Assembly (NCBI GenBank): GCA_903822335.1
Contig: CAIJOT010000150.1
Span: 1-51,508, forward strand
DNA: 51,508 nt
Direction: 5' to 3'
DNA from: an uncultured delta proteobacterium
GTDB lineage: Bacteria > Desulfobacterota > Syntrophorhabdia > Syntrophorhabdales > Syntrophorhabdaceae
In this document: one piece after another, positions 1 to 8,411 of the stretch
How positions within the stretch are numbered: position 1 is the stretch's first letter
How the letters are laid out: each line of letters opens with the position of its first letter
The notes under the pieces: generated by a model
The model's input: only the letters and a program-made list of their open reading frames with translations
Database searches by the model: none
What the model was told of the DNA's origin: nothing
Program-made: the position numbers and the translations under genes

Positions 1-420
1 AACCCTCTTTTTTAAACCCCCTATCTTCCGGAGGTACGGGAGGTTCGTGATCTCTCCCGATGGGACCTTGAATATCGTGAGACCCAACTTCCTTAATAGG
101 TCAATGCTCTCAAGGTCAAAAGGCGATGAGAGAAAGATGATGCCTTTTTGCCTGCAGTAATCGAACAATTGCTTGTGCTCATTCATCCCAAACTCAAGCT
201 TTCTCAACATCTCAAACTGGGATTCGTTCCTTCCGGTTGTCTTCTTCTGGTATTCTGCCTTTGGTGCAAAACCTGTGACCAGCTGTTCAGCCTTGAAGGT
301 CTGAAATTTTATCGCGTCCGCCCCGGTTTTTATTGCCGCATCTATCATCTTTTTTGCTGTTTGAATGCTTCCGTTATGGTTAACACCGGCTTCTGCTATA
401 ATGAATATCTTATGTTTCAT
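1..420 (-). CDS. Nonulosonic acid synthase of the NeuB/LegI/PseI family, N-terminal 140 codons (3' part lies outside the window)
   Basis: Open-ended, so absent from the ORF track. The reverse complement from the ATG at 420-418 reads MKHKIFIIAEAGVNHNGSIQTAKKMIDAAIKTGADAIKFQTFKAEQLV..., a typical NeuB-family N-terminus. An ATGA overlap joins it to the stop of the upstream gene (417-420). Confidence 0.85.
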   Translation of the reverse strand, partial: MKHKIFIIAEAGVNHNGSIQTAKKMIDAAIKTGADAIKFQTFKAEQLVTGFAPKAEYQKKTTGRNESQFEMLRKLEFGMNEHKQLFDYCRQKGIIFLSSPFDLESIDLLRKLGLTIFKVPSGEITNLPYLRKIGGLKKRV

Positions 421-1049
421 TTTTTGGCTTTTTCACCGTAGAACTTCTCATTTGATGCAACATTAACAGGTACGGTTACTCCGCTTGCAATAAACGCATA
501 ATCGCCAATCTTTATGCCCTGAACGGTCCTGCTCTGGCTCCCAAAGAAAACACCTTTCCCTATCTGTGTACCACCATTGGGGATTGCACCTGTTGCAATA
601 TGAGAGTGATCTTTAATCGTCACATCATGCTCAATAATAGCGCCTGTATTGATGATACAGTTTTTCCCTATCTTTGCCCCGGCATTGATAACTGCCCGAT
701 GCATCACTATCGTTCCTTCTCCAATCTTTGCATTCTTCGATACAACTGCATAAGGGGATTGGATGACAGGAAATTTCGCTCCAAGTATTTTTAATTCCTC
801 AAATTTAGCTTCTCTCTGCCTTGCATTTTTAATCATCCCGAAGGTTATCAGGCAGTTCTTATATTCTTTGATTAATTTTGGAAGGTCTCTGTCAGTGCCT
901 ATAATCTCATACCCGAGTACTTTCTTACGCTGTTTTTTCGTGTCATTGTCTACTATCCCTGCAATCTCAAATTTATCTTCCGCTTCAATGACATCAATGC
1001 AGGACTTGCAATGCCCTCCACCTCCAATGAGGATGATATTTTTTTTCAT
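417..1049 (-). CDS. NeuD/PglB-family sugar N/O-acetyltransferase (left-handed beta-helix); LegH-like position in the operon
   Basis: N-terminal MKKNIILIGGGGHCKSCIDVIE Rossmann-like segment followed by hexapeptide repeats (IGEGTIVMHRAVINAGAKIGKNCIINTGAIIEHD). Lies between the aminotransferase/rSAM genes and the NeuB-type gene. Confidence 0.8.
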   Translation of the reverse strand: MKKNIILIGGGGHCKSCIDVIEAEDKFEIAGIVDNDTKKQRKKVLGYEIIGTDRDLPKLIKEYKNCLITFGMIKNARQREAKFEELKILGAKFPVIQSPYAVVSKNAKIGEGTIVMHRAVINAGAKIGKNCIINTGAIIEHDVTIKDHSHIATGAIPNGGTQIGKGVFFGSQSRTVQGIKIGDYAFIASGVTVPVNVASNEKFYGEKAKK

Positions 1050-1082
1050 GGCCTTATTCTATATGGAATATTATCTTAACAA

Positions 1083-2471
1083 TTATGATTGTCTAAATCC
1101 TCGAAAATCGCTATCCAACTCAAAATAAAGTTTTCTAATTTGTTTTTTATATTCGATCTTTTTCTTTTCGAAATAGTTCTCAATCAGTATTGAATTTGCC
1201 TCAAATAAACATTCATGGAATTCAGAATTAGTTAAATCGGTAAAATTGACTGCGACTAAATCAGAATTGGTATGTTTATGTTCATAAAAATCCTCGCAAT
1301 CTTTCAGCAAACCTTTTTCAATGGCATAATAATACAATGGAGTTCCGGGATATGGCGTAACGGGTCGGATTGTTCTCATCTGGGCTCCATCATCGTATTT
1401 TAACAAAAAATCAACGCCTTTCCTTAACGTTTCGCGGGTTTCTCCGATATTTCCGAAAATAATGTTGAACCCTGGACTGATACCTACCTCTAATGTAGCC
1501 TCAATTCCTTTCACAACTTGTTTTGTTGTTAGTGCCTTGTTCATGTTTTTTAGAATCTGATCATCAAAAGCCTCAATACCATAATTGATGAATACACATC
1601 CAGCCGTTTTCATTAAATTAAGGATATCCTTCGTTGCAAAATTCAACCTGCCATTGCATTGCCATTTAATATTCAATTTGTGCTTTATAAAATCATTGCA
1701 AAGGTATATCATCCTTTCTTTCGATGACATTAACAGCTCATCACCGAAAACAATATAAGTTGCTCCGTAATCTTTCTTTAGCATTTTTATTTCTTCAATA
1801 ATACTTTCATTGCTTCGGGGACGAAAACCCTTATCCATCCTATAGCAAAAGTTACATTTAAACGTGCACCCCCTCCCGGAAAGTACAGGAATAGCAAAAT
1901 CGTTATTATTACATTTCGGCGGGCGTAACAACCTATAATATTCCATAGGAAACAATTTATATGCTGGGAATGAAATGGTATTTACATCTTCAATCAATGG
2001 CCTCCGATTATTAACTACATATTTGCTGCCATCTCGAAATGCCATTCCCTTAATACCGTAAAAGGACTTTTTGCTTTTTAAAGCATTCAGCAATTCTATA
2101 ACAGTTATTTCGCCTTCCCCCATAACTACTGCATCTGCTCCTGTTTTGCGCATGAAAAACTCCGACTCAGGAGTAGGCCCATGACCGCCTATTATAAAAT
2201 ATGGTCGATTTTTTGACCTATTAATGGCCTCTGATATTTTTAATGTTTTTCTATATTGATAATAACCAGATATAAAATTCAATCCAACAACATCAAATTT
2301 ATTATTATCTAAATATTGTTGAAGATGGCTTTCAGGGTAATGATGCAAATCTTGATTATATATTTCAACTTCATATCCATTTTTGAGTAATACTGCTGAT
2401 ATGTACCCTAATCCAAAAGGGAACCAGTGGACATAGGAATCATTATCATATACGATGAGTAAAACCCTCAT
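1083..2471 (-). CDS. B12-binding-domain radical SAM enzyme (class B type)
   Basis: N-terminal cobalamin-binding-like domain (MRVLLIVYDND...GGHGPT) and a CxxxCxxC cluster motif (GRGCTFKCNFCY). ATGA overlap with the legC-like stop at 2468-2471. Very AT-rich: 16/60 and 13/60 G+C in two sampled 60-nt lines. Confidence 0.8.
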   Translation of the reverse strand: MRVLLIVYDNDSYVHWFPFGLGYISAVLLKNGYEVEIYNQDLHHYPESHLQQYLDNNKFDVVGLNFISGYYQYRKTLKISEAINRSKNRPYFIIGGHGPTPESEFFMRKTGADAVVMGEGEITVIELLNALKSKKSFYGIKGMAFRDGSKYVVNNRRPLIEDVNTISFPAYKLFPMEYYRLLRPPKCNNNDFAIPVLSGRGCTFKCNFCYRMDKGFRPRSNESIIEEIKMLKKDYGATYIVFGDELLMSSKERMIYLCNDFIKHKLNIKWQCNGRLNFATKDILNLMKTAGCVFINYGIEAFDDQILKNMNKALTTKQVVKGIEATLEVGISPGFNIIFGNIGETRETLRKGVDFLLKYDDGAQMRTIRPVTPYPGTPLYYYAIEKGLLKDCEDFYEHKHTNSDLVAVNFTDLTNSEFHECLFEANSILIENYFEKKKIEYKKQIRKLYFELDSDFRGFRQS

Positions 2472-3670
2472 GAAACCTCCTTGTCAATTCGGATGTCTTG
2501 AAGCGCCAGTTTAGGACTGCTGGGAATATTTATAATCCGCCGCTCCAAGCTTTCAGCCGTTGACAAGTCCATCTTTGGACAATCTTTGTACATAGGTAAT
2601 TTATGCATTAATGTCCACACGGGCCGCATTATGATATTGTGGGTATGCGCTGCTTCGAGGAGCTTATCCCGTTGGTCCACACAGGCATTGTCAAGCAGGA
2701 GAAGATTGAGCCAGTAGTTACTCCTCGCAAAATCAGGCTCTTTAAAAAAGGAAACACCCTCGATATCGCTCATGGCAGCTTCGTACTTGGATGCCAGGAT
2801 TCGCTTCTTCTCAAGAAAACTGTGGAGTTCTTCCATCTGTGCGCATCCCAGGGCAGCGTTGATATTTGGGAGTCTGTAGTTGTAACCCACAGAATCATGC
2901 CGGTATTCCCATCGGTGAGGGATTTTGGCAGTGGCAGTGAGGTACTTAATCTTCTCACCCAGGGTCTCATCGTTTGTCAGGACTGCTCCGCCGCCGCCTG
3001 TGGTGACAATTTTATTGCCATTGAAGCTGAGTACAGAACATTTTCCCCAGTTACCCGTGTGTCTGCCCTTGTAATAGGACCCGAGGGACTCTGCTGCGTC
3101 TTCTATCATCTCGATGCCGTAGGCCCTGCACAAATCGGCCAGAGGATCAATGTCAACGGGGTGACCGAAGGTGTGCATGGGGACAACTACCCGGATATAA
3201 TGTCCCGTCTTTTTATTAAAACACCCATCATCACGGATCTCCGCAATCTCGCCGAGATATGACGCAAGCTTTGCCGGATTGATCCCCAAGGTCTTCTCTT
3301 CGCTGTCAATAAAATGCGGGGTTCCTCCACAGTAAGTCACGGCATTTGCCGTTGCTACAAAGGTGAGTGCAGGCACCATTACCTCGTCCTTATATCCGAC
3401 CCCGGCCATCTTCAGGCCGATATGGAGGGCTGCCGTCCCGTTGACAAGGGCCACCGCCTTTTTTACGCCCGTAAACTCCGCCAGTACGTTTTCAAATTGA
3501 TCAACAAATTTACCGAGGTATGATACCCAGCCTGTATCAATACACTCCCTCACATAGTTCCACTCGTTTCCTCCGAAATAGGGCTCGTGGAGTCCCACAG
3601 GGCGATCGCTTTCAGGGAGTACATCCCTTATTGCCCCTATGATCCTTTCAATGAGAAGTTTCTCTCTCAC
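2468..3670 (-). CDS. DegT/DnrJ/EryC1-family PLP aminotransferase, LegC-like
   Basis: N-terminus LHEPYFGGNEWNYVRECIDTGWVSYLGKFVDQFE and the SFNGNK lysine region are typical of LegC/PglE-type sugar aminotransferases. 4-nt overlap with the upstream dehydratase gene. Confidence 0.8.
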   Translation of the reverse strand: MREKLLIERIIGAIRDVLPESDRPVGLHEPYFGGNEWNYVRECIDTGWVSYLGKFVDQFENVLAEFTGVKKAVALVNGTAALHIGLKMAGVGYKDEVMVPALTFVATANAVTYCGGTPHFIDSEEKTLGINPAKLASYLGEIAEIRDDGCFNKKTGHYIRVVVPMHTFGHPVDIDPLADLCRAYGIEMIEDAAESLGSYYKGRHTGNWGKCSVLSFNGNKIVTTGGGGAVLTNDETLGEKIKYLTATAKIPHRWEYRHDSVGYNYRLPNINAALGCAQMEELHSFLEKKRILASKYEAAMSDIEGVSFFKEPDFARSNYWLNLLLLDNACVDQRDKLLEAAHTHNIIMRPVWTLMHKLPMYKDCPKMDLSTAESLERRIINIPSSPKLALQDIRIDKEVS

Positions 3671-4668
3671 AGGTTGTATATATGGGCCTTATAACCCTTC
3701 AGGTTTTCTGGTCTCAGAAACCATTCCACTGTTTCCATAAGCCCTCTCCTCAGCCCCGACAAGCCTGCATACTCCGGCTGCCATCCGGTAAGCTCACTGG
3801 CCTTCTTAATATCCGCCAGAAGCCTCTCCACCTCGCTCTCATCAGGCCTGATCCGGTCCTCATCAGAAGAGATCTCGATGGATGCGCCCATTACCTCTGC
3901 GATGAGCTTTGCTGTATCACCGATGGATATTTCAAAGTTACTCCCCGCGTTTATCACCTCACCAACAGAGTCTTCTGATTCGGCCACAGCGATAAAAGCA
4001 CGGACAATATCCCTCACATAGCTGAAATCCCTGGTGGGATGGAGGGAACCAAGCTTAATCGTGCACTGCCCTGTTGCGATCTGGGTAATGATCGTGGGGA
4101 TCACCGCCCTGGCAGACTGACGCGGCCCGTAAGTATTAAAAGGACGGATAATAGCCACGGGGGTGCCAAAGGAATAGTAAAAAGACATGGCAATCTGATC
4201 GGCTCCTATCTTTGAAGCAGAATAAGGGGATTGTCCTTTAAGGGGATGATCCTCGGTTATTGGTACATATTGGGCCGTGCCGTATACCTCACTTGTAGAG
4301 GTATGCACTATCTTTTCTATGCACAACTCCCTTGCAGCCTGTACGATATTGAGAGTCCCCTTTACGTTCGTATCAATATAAGTATCGGGTGAGTGGTATG
4401 AATAAGGTATAGCAATGAGTGCAGCCAGATGGAATACCACATCACACCCCTTCAGGGCATTTTTTACTCCGTGGGGATCGCGGACATCACCGGCAAAGAC
4501 ATCTATGCTTTCTGCAATCCCGGATTCCACATGGTCAAGCCATCCCCAGGAATTAAAGGAGTTGTAGAGCACAAAGGCGCGCACATCATGACCCCTTCTA
4601 ACCAGCTCCTCCACGAGGTGGCTCCCGATAAAACCATCAGCACCGGTAACAAGTATCTTTTTACTGAT
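3667..4668 (-). CDS. NAD-dependent sugar-nucleotide 4,6-dehydratase (SDR family), LegB-like; start codon uncertain
   Basis: The ORF track starts at GTG 4614, but the Rossmann motif KKILVTGADGFIGSHL is encoded in frame upstream (4615-4662). There is no ATG/GTG/TTG before the in-frame stop, so I extend to ATC at 4668-4666. RAFVLYNSFNSWGWLD and YSASK are typical of LegB-like dehydratases. Confidence 0.75.
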   Translation of the reverse strand: MSKKILVTGADGFIGSHLVEELVRRGHDVRAFVLYNSFNSWGWLDHVESGIAESIDVFAGDVRDPHGVKNALKGCDVVFHLAALIAIPYSYHSPDTYIDTNVKGTLNIVQAARELCIEKIVHTSTSEVYGTAQYVPITEDHPLKGQSPYSASKIGADQIAMSFYYSFGTPVAIIRPFNTYGPRQSARAVIPTIITQIATGQCTIKLGSLHPTRDFSYVRDIVRAFIAVAESEDSVGEVINAGSNFEISIGDTAKLIAEVMGASIEISSDEDRIRPDESEVERLLADIKKASELTGWQPEYAGLSGLRRGLMETVEWFLRPENLKGYKAHIYNL

Positions 4669-4715
4669 CGTATTGATATTCCTTCCCCCTGTTGTTACAA
4701 AATCCCTTTCATTTT

Positions 4716-4952
4716 TTACCCTAAAGGATACATTTCGTTTTTAATAATACCAAGCTTAGAAACATCTTCCATACCCGGAGGGTTCTCCACACTTAGATAA
4801 CCATTCGGCAGCCCGCTTTTATCTTTTCTGGACTTATTGTCACGATACCTCAGCTCCTGGAAGTAGCTACACTTCTCCGGGGTCTTTCGGATAGCCAGCA
4901 TCGTATAAGATCGTACCGTCTCGGTTAAAAAAAGGGCAATCTTTTTTACCAT
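4716..4952 (-). CDS. Hypothetical 78-aa ORF at the head of the nonulosonic acid operon (may be non-coding leader)
   Basis: ORF only. I recognise no motif. It lies between the ops-like element and legB. Confidence 0.2.
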   Translation of the reverse strand: MVKKIALFLTETVRSYTMLAIRKTPEKCSYFQELRYRDNKSRKDKSGLPNGYLSVENPPGMEDVSKLGIIKNEMYPLG

Positions 4953-5028
4953 ATGAATCTTTTCACGTTAAAGTTTTCTACGGTACAAGAATCGCGCCAT
5001 ATCCCTTAAAAAGTATAGTTTTTATAAG

Positions 5029-5036
5029 CTACCGCC
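5029..5036 (-). promoter_or_regulatory. ops-like element (GGCGGTAG on the sense strand of the minus-strand operon)
   Basis: Plus strand reads CTACCGCC, so the sense strand reads GGCGGTAGCTTA. It lies in the 198-nt AT-rich leader between the GT39 stop and the first ORF of the leg-type operon. Confidence 0.3.
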
Positions 5037-5105
5037 ATTAGATAATCATATAACATCATAATATTATTATATAATTATACATATGTTTGAGTTGTGTCAG
5101 CATTA

Positions 5106-5134
5106 ATATTACACTAAATCACAAACTTTCTCAA
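5106..5134 (-). promoter_or_regulatory. Putative sigma70-type promoter for the nonulosonic acid operon (TTGAGA-17-TAATAT)
   Basis: Read on the minus strand: TTGAGA (5134-5129), a 17-nt spacer, then TAATAT (5111-5106), about 70 nt upstream of the ops-like motif. Confidence 0.3.
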
Positions 5135-5150
5135 TTACAAAACGGTAATA

Positions 5151-6557
5151 TCATCCGTCATTTAACCTGTATATTTTTACAAACTCGCTTTTATCTTTAA
5201 ACTCCACTACAAGTTTAAAACCTGTCAAGCAGCCATCTTGAAATAAAGGATTGTTGACCAACCTATCATCAAAGACAAGATATTTTGCACCGGTCTTTCT
5301 CGTAAACCCAGCCCATTGGGAACAATCCTTTACTTCTTTTAATGCAGATATATTTATATATTCACCTTTTGCATAAAAAGGCACAACAGGCAATCTTGAA
5401 ATTATCTTATTGCCCGGGTCGGTCTCTAACAGAAATAATCCTGCTTGCTTATGAAATGCCCTCCCCTTATTCTGCAGGGTTATGCCCTGAAAAATAGAAG
5501 CAACTATAATCACAGTAAATACTGTATAATAGAGCTGATTTTTATGCCTGTACCGTTCAAAGAATTCTTTCAATACATACATGCCTTCTATTGAAAAAAC
5601 CATTAATACCGGAATGAATTCCACCGAGTATCTTTTGGTTGAATGAGGGGCAAAAACAACCCTGGCAATAATATGAAGAACAACCAGCACGATTAACAAC
5701 ATTCTGTAAGATGGTTCAACCCTTTTAAACCCAAGAACCGCAAGTATAAAAAGAGGCGGAAAGATGGCCTCAAAGAAATTGTAAACAACAAAAGGGAACC
5801 TTCTTAAAAGCTGCAAAGAAGATTCAAAGGGATACTTGTAAGTATAGGCAACTATCTCATTGTTTACAAGGCTTTCAGCCACCCCTACCTTTTTCGTGAT
5901 CGTCCATAAACCTGTTTCAAGTTTCAAATAGTACACATAAGGAAAAGCAAACAAGGCAATACATGCAAGAAGAATGCATATATGGGAAAATCTTTTCTCT
6001 TTTACCAGCAAGAAGCAGAATGGCAGGGCGTATATAATGTACTCTGCCTTATTAAGATAGGTAAGGGCAAGAAACACACCGGATAGTCCGATACTTGTTT
6101 TGTCTTCTTCCTTCCAGCCTTTATAGAAGAAAAATACTGTAGCAGCAAAGAGACACGTTGTCATGGATTCGGAAAGCACCTGGACAGAATACCTTACAAG
6201 ATAGGGATGGATAGCTACAAAGAATGCTCCATAGAGCGCTTTTTTTTCTCCAAAATATTTTTTTAAAAAAAGAAATGTGAAATAAATGAGCAAAATCCCG
6301 AAAATAAATGAGACAATCCTTCCTGCAATTTCGAGATCTTTAACAAAAAAACTGAACCCACCGAGAAATACAGGATAAAGTGGATGTGAAATACCCTTGA
6401 GACCTTCAAAAATAGCGCCCTTTGCAAAGCTCCCTGCCATCTGGGCATAGCCAATCCCATCCAGTTCAATTGCAGAGGCTGTTATAAAGTCAAAAAGTCT
6501 GACCATACACCCAAGACAGATTATGGAAAAAAAAATTGTTTTTTCACTCTTTTGCAT
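5151..6557 (-). CDS. Polytopic membrane glycosyltransferase, GT39/ArnT-PMT-like (family 39/83 type)
   Basis: 468 aa with many hydrophobic helices, an N-terminal loop with ELDGIGYAQMA and a soluble C-terminal tail. Sits in a glycan-gene context. Confidence 0.6.
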   Translation of the reverse strand: MQKSEKTIFFSIICLGCMVRLFDFITASAIELDGIGYAQMAGSFAKGAIFEGLKGISHPLYPVFLGGFSFFVKDLEIAGRIVSFIFGILLIYFTFLFLKKYFGEKKALYGAFFVAIHPYLVRYSVQVLSESMTTCLFAATVFFFYKGWKEEDKTSIGLSGVFLALTYLNKAEYIIYALPFCFLLVKEKRFSHICILLACIALFAFPYVYYLKLETGLWTITKKVGVAESLVNNEIVAYTYKYPFESSLQLLRRFPFVVYNFFEAIFPPLFILAVLGFKRVEPSYRMLLIVLVVLHIIARVVFAPHSTKRYSVEFIPVLMVFSIEGMYVLKEFFERYRHKNQLYYTVFTVIIVASIFQGITLQNKGRAFHKQAGLFLLETDPGNKIISRLPVVPFYAKGEYINISALKEVKDCSQWAGFTRKTGAKYLVFDDRLVNNPLFQDGCLTGFKLVVEFKDKSEFVKIYRLNDG

Positions 6558-7315
6558 TAATTGCCTTTCCTGGCGTGAATAATCAGTATCTCACCTTCAA
6601 GAAGCTCCTTCGACACAAGATATTTATCATTGGGGGCCTTTTTTCGGGTAAGTGATATGATAAGGGATTTTATAACAGGATAAAGGATACCCAAGCGCTT
6701 CGCTTTCACATACCGGTTCGTATAAATATTGACAATCCCGAGACTGGCCTTGTTCAACGCATACCTCAACTCGTTGAAGGTCATGGGGTTTATATGTTCA
6801 TGCTCATACTCAGGAGGCGTATGGCGAAAATCATCTCCTAATTTAATAAAGCGGAAAAAATCGTGATAGCCGTAAAAGAGGAACCTCGTGCGGCTCTTAA
6901 TCGACATGATATTCGGGGTTGTGATAATAAGGCTTCCACCGGCCTTCAGTACACGAGCAAATTCCCTCACGCACAAGAAGGGATTTTCGAGATGTTCTAT
7001 GCCTTCTATTGATACAACATAATCAAAGGAGTCATTCTCAAAGGGAAGTTCCTTATTAAGGTCAACTTTTTTAAAGGGTATACCAGTGAGTTTAAAGTAG
7101 TGTTCATCAATATCCACACCAACAACATCGTGGCTACTGCTTAACTTTTGAGATAGAGCCCCTTCTCTTGCAGGTGCATCGAGAAGCCTTCCTGCCGGCA
7201 TGGTTTTGAGGATTGAGAGAACCTTCTCCTGTGTCCCGGGAGCATTCTTATCAACGAGTATATGTTCTCTGTTGTGTTCTGCTCCGTTGCCCATTGTTTC
7301 ATCTCCCTCTTGCAT
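6557..7315 (-). CDS. Class I SAM-dependent methyltransferase
   Basis: Motif I region LLDAPAREGALS, then FDYVVSIEGIEHLENP and LKAGGSLIITTPN. Paralog of 9669-10385. Confidence 0.75.
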   Translation of the reverse strand: MQEGDETMGNGAEHNREHILVDKNAPGTQEKVLSILKTMPAGRLLDAPAREGALSQKLSSSHDVVGVDIDEHYFKLTGIPFKKVDLNKELPFENDSFDYVVSIEGIEHLENPFLCVREFARVLKAGGSLIITTPNIMSIKSRTRFLFYGYHDFFRFIKLGDDFRHTPPEYEHEHINPMTFNELRYALNKASLGIVNIYTNRYVKAKRLGILYPVIKSLIISLTRKKAPNDKYLVSKELLEGEILIIHARKGN

Positions 7316-8411
7316 GCTTTTTTAAAATTTCTTCTAATCCTTTTCCGGTTCTCTCCAGCGAATATTTTTGTGCTACTTCAAAACCACGTTTGATAATAGA
7401 ATTCCGGAATTCCTTATTTTGTGCTATCTCAACAACTCCTTTAGCAATTTCCTGTGGTTTATGGACGTCAACAAAGTATGCATAATCATGGGCCGGATCA
7501 AAGGCAAGAAATGGAGAAACCCTGGTAAGGATTATAGGTGTGCCAGAGGCCATGGCCTCAACAGGGGGCAGTCCGAAACCTTCAATTTCAGTGGAGGCAG
7601 CAATGAGGATATGGCTCTCCCGGTATAGGTCTGCCATTTCTTTCTCGGAAATCCTTACAAAAAATCTATCCACCACCCCTGATTTTTTTTCTGCCTCTGT
7701 TATATCTGCAGGGGATACTCTGGTAAGAAAAACTTTTACCCCTTCTGCCTTTAAGATCCTTACTGCTTCCCAGATATCAGGGATGGCTTTGTATTCTATG
7801 TTTGCATTCCCTACAGAAAGTATTTTTATTGCCCCGGAATAGGCCGGTTCTTTTTCTTTCGGATAGAAAACTGTCAAGTCAATACCATTGGGAAGAAGAT
7901 AAGAGGGAATATTAAGCCTGTTCTTCAGGCTGTTCAAAAGATGGGGGGAAATAACAATTTTTATTGTGGGGAGCCTGTAAAGGGAGTCAAACCTTTTAAG
8001 TTTTCTCTTCCAACCTAAAATTTTTTTCATGTATTGTATTCTTGTCGCCATACCCTTTGGCCGAAAGCGACTGGGGATAACGTCTCCTCTTATTCTTTCT
8101 AACACATAATCGGGTTCAAAACCCTGCATGAAATGGAATAGAGGAATTCCTCTCTTGTGTGCGATTTTCCATAGTTCTTCTACATCTTTAGGGGTTGTAA
8201 CCACAATTGCTTCAGCATCTGGAACATATCTATCAGTAAAGGAAGGAACTATTTCCGGTTTAGCCTTAAATTCCCATTCTTCATCAATGAACCGCGCTAT
8301 AAGGTGCACTTCATGGCCCATATTTCTTAGAAGTTCCACATGCTGAAAAAAGACCTTCACACCCCCTGTCATACCCACATGACGGATGGCATATACTATC
8401 TTCATCTTCAC
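7299..8411 (-). CDS. GT4-family (GT-B) glycosyltransferase
   Basis: C-terminal EGFGLPPVEAMASGTPII (E-x7-E type motif). Overlaps both neighbouring genes. Confidence 0.8.
   Translation of the reverse strand: MKMKIVYAIRHVGMTGGVKVFFQHVELLRNMGHEVHLIARFIDEEWEFKAKPEIVPSFTDRYVPDAEAIVVTTPKDVEELWKIAHKRGIPLFHFMQGFEPDYVLERIRGDVIPSRFRPKGMATRIQYMKKILGWKRKLKRFDSLYRLPTIKIVISPHLLNSLKNRLNIPSYLLPNGIDLTVFYPKEKEPAYSGAIKILSVGNANIEYKAIPDIWEAVRILKAEGVKVFLTRVSPADITEAEKKSGVVDRFFVRISEKEMADLYRESHILIAASTEIEGFGLPPVEAMASGTPIILTRVSPFLAFDPAHDYAYFVDVHKPQEIAKGVVEIAQNKEFRNSIIKRGFEVAQKYSLERTGKGLEEILKKHARGR

Noticed and set aside
2639-3262. Long antisense or shadow ORFs inside well-supported genes (also 27027-27515 +, 27488-27883 +, 21311-21697 -, 47629-48024 -, 12653-12940 +, 14260-14565 +, 7540-7842 +, 43828-44169 -)
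   Set aside because: Each lies entirely within, and opposite or out of frame to, a gene with strong family motifs. Their products are low-complexity or compositionally odd and they lack SD sites.
4716-4952. Small ORF as a NusG/RfaH-like or UpxZ-like regulator partnering the ops-like motif
   Set aside because: The 78-aa sequence shows no NGN or KOW-like pattern that I can recognise. It is retained only as a low-confidence hypothetical ORF.
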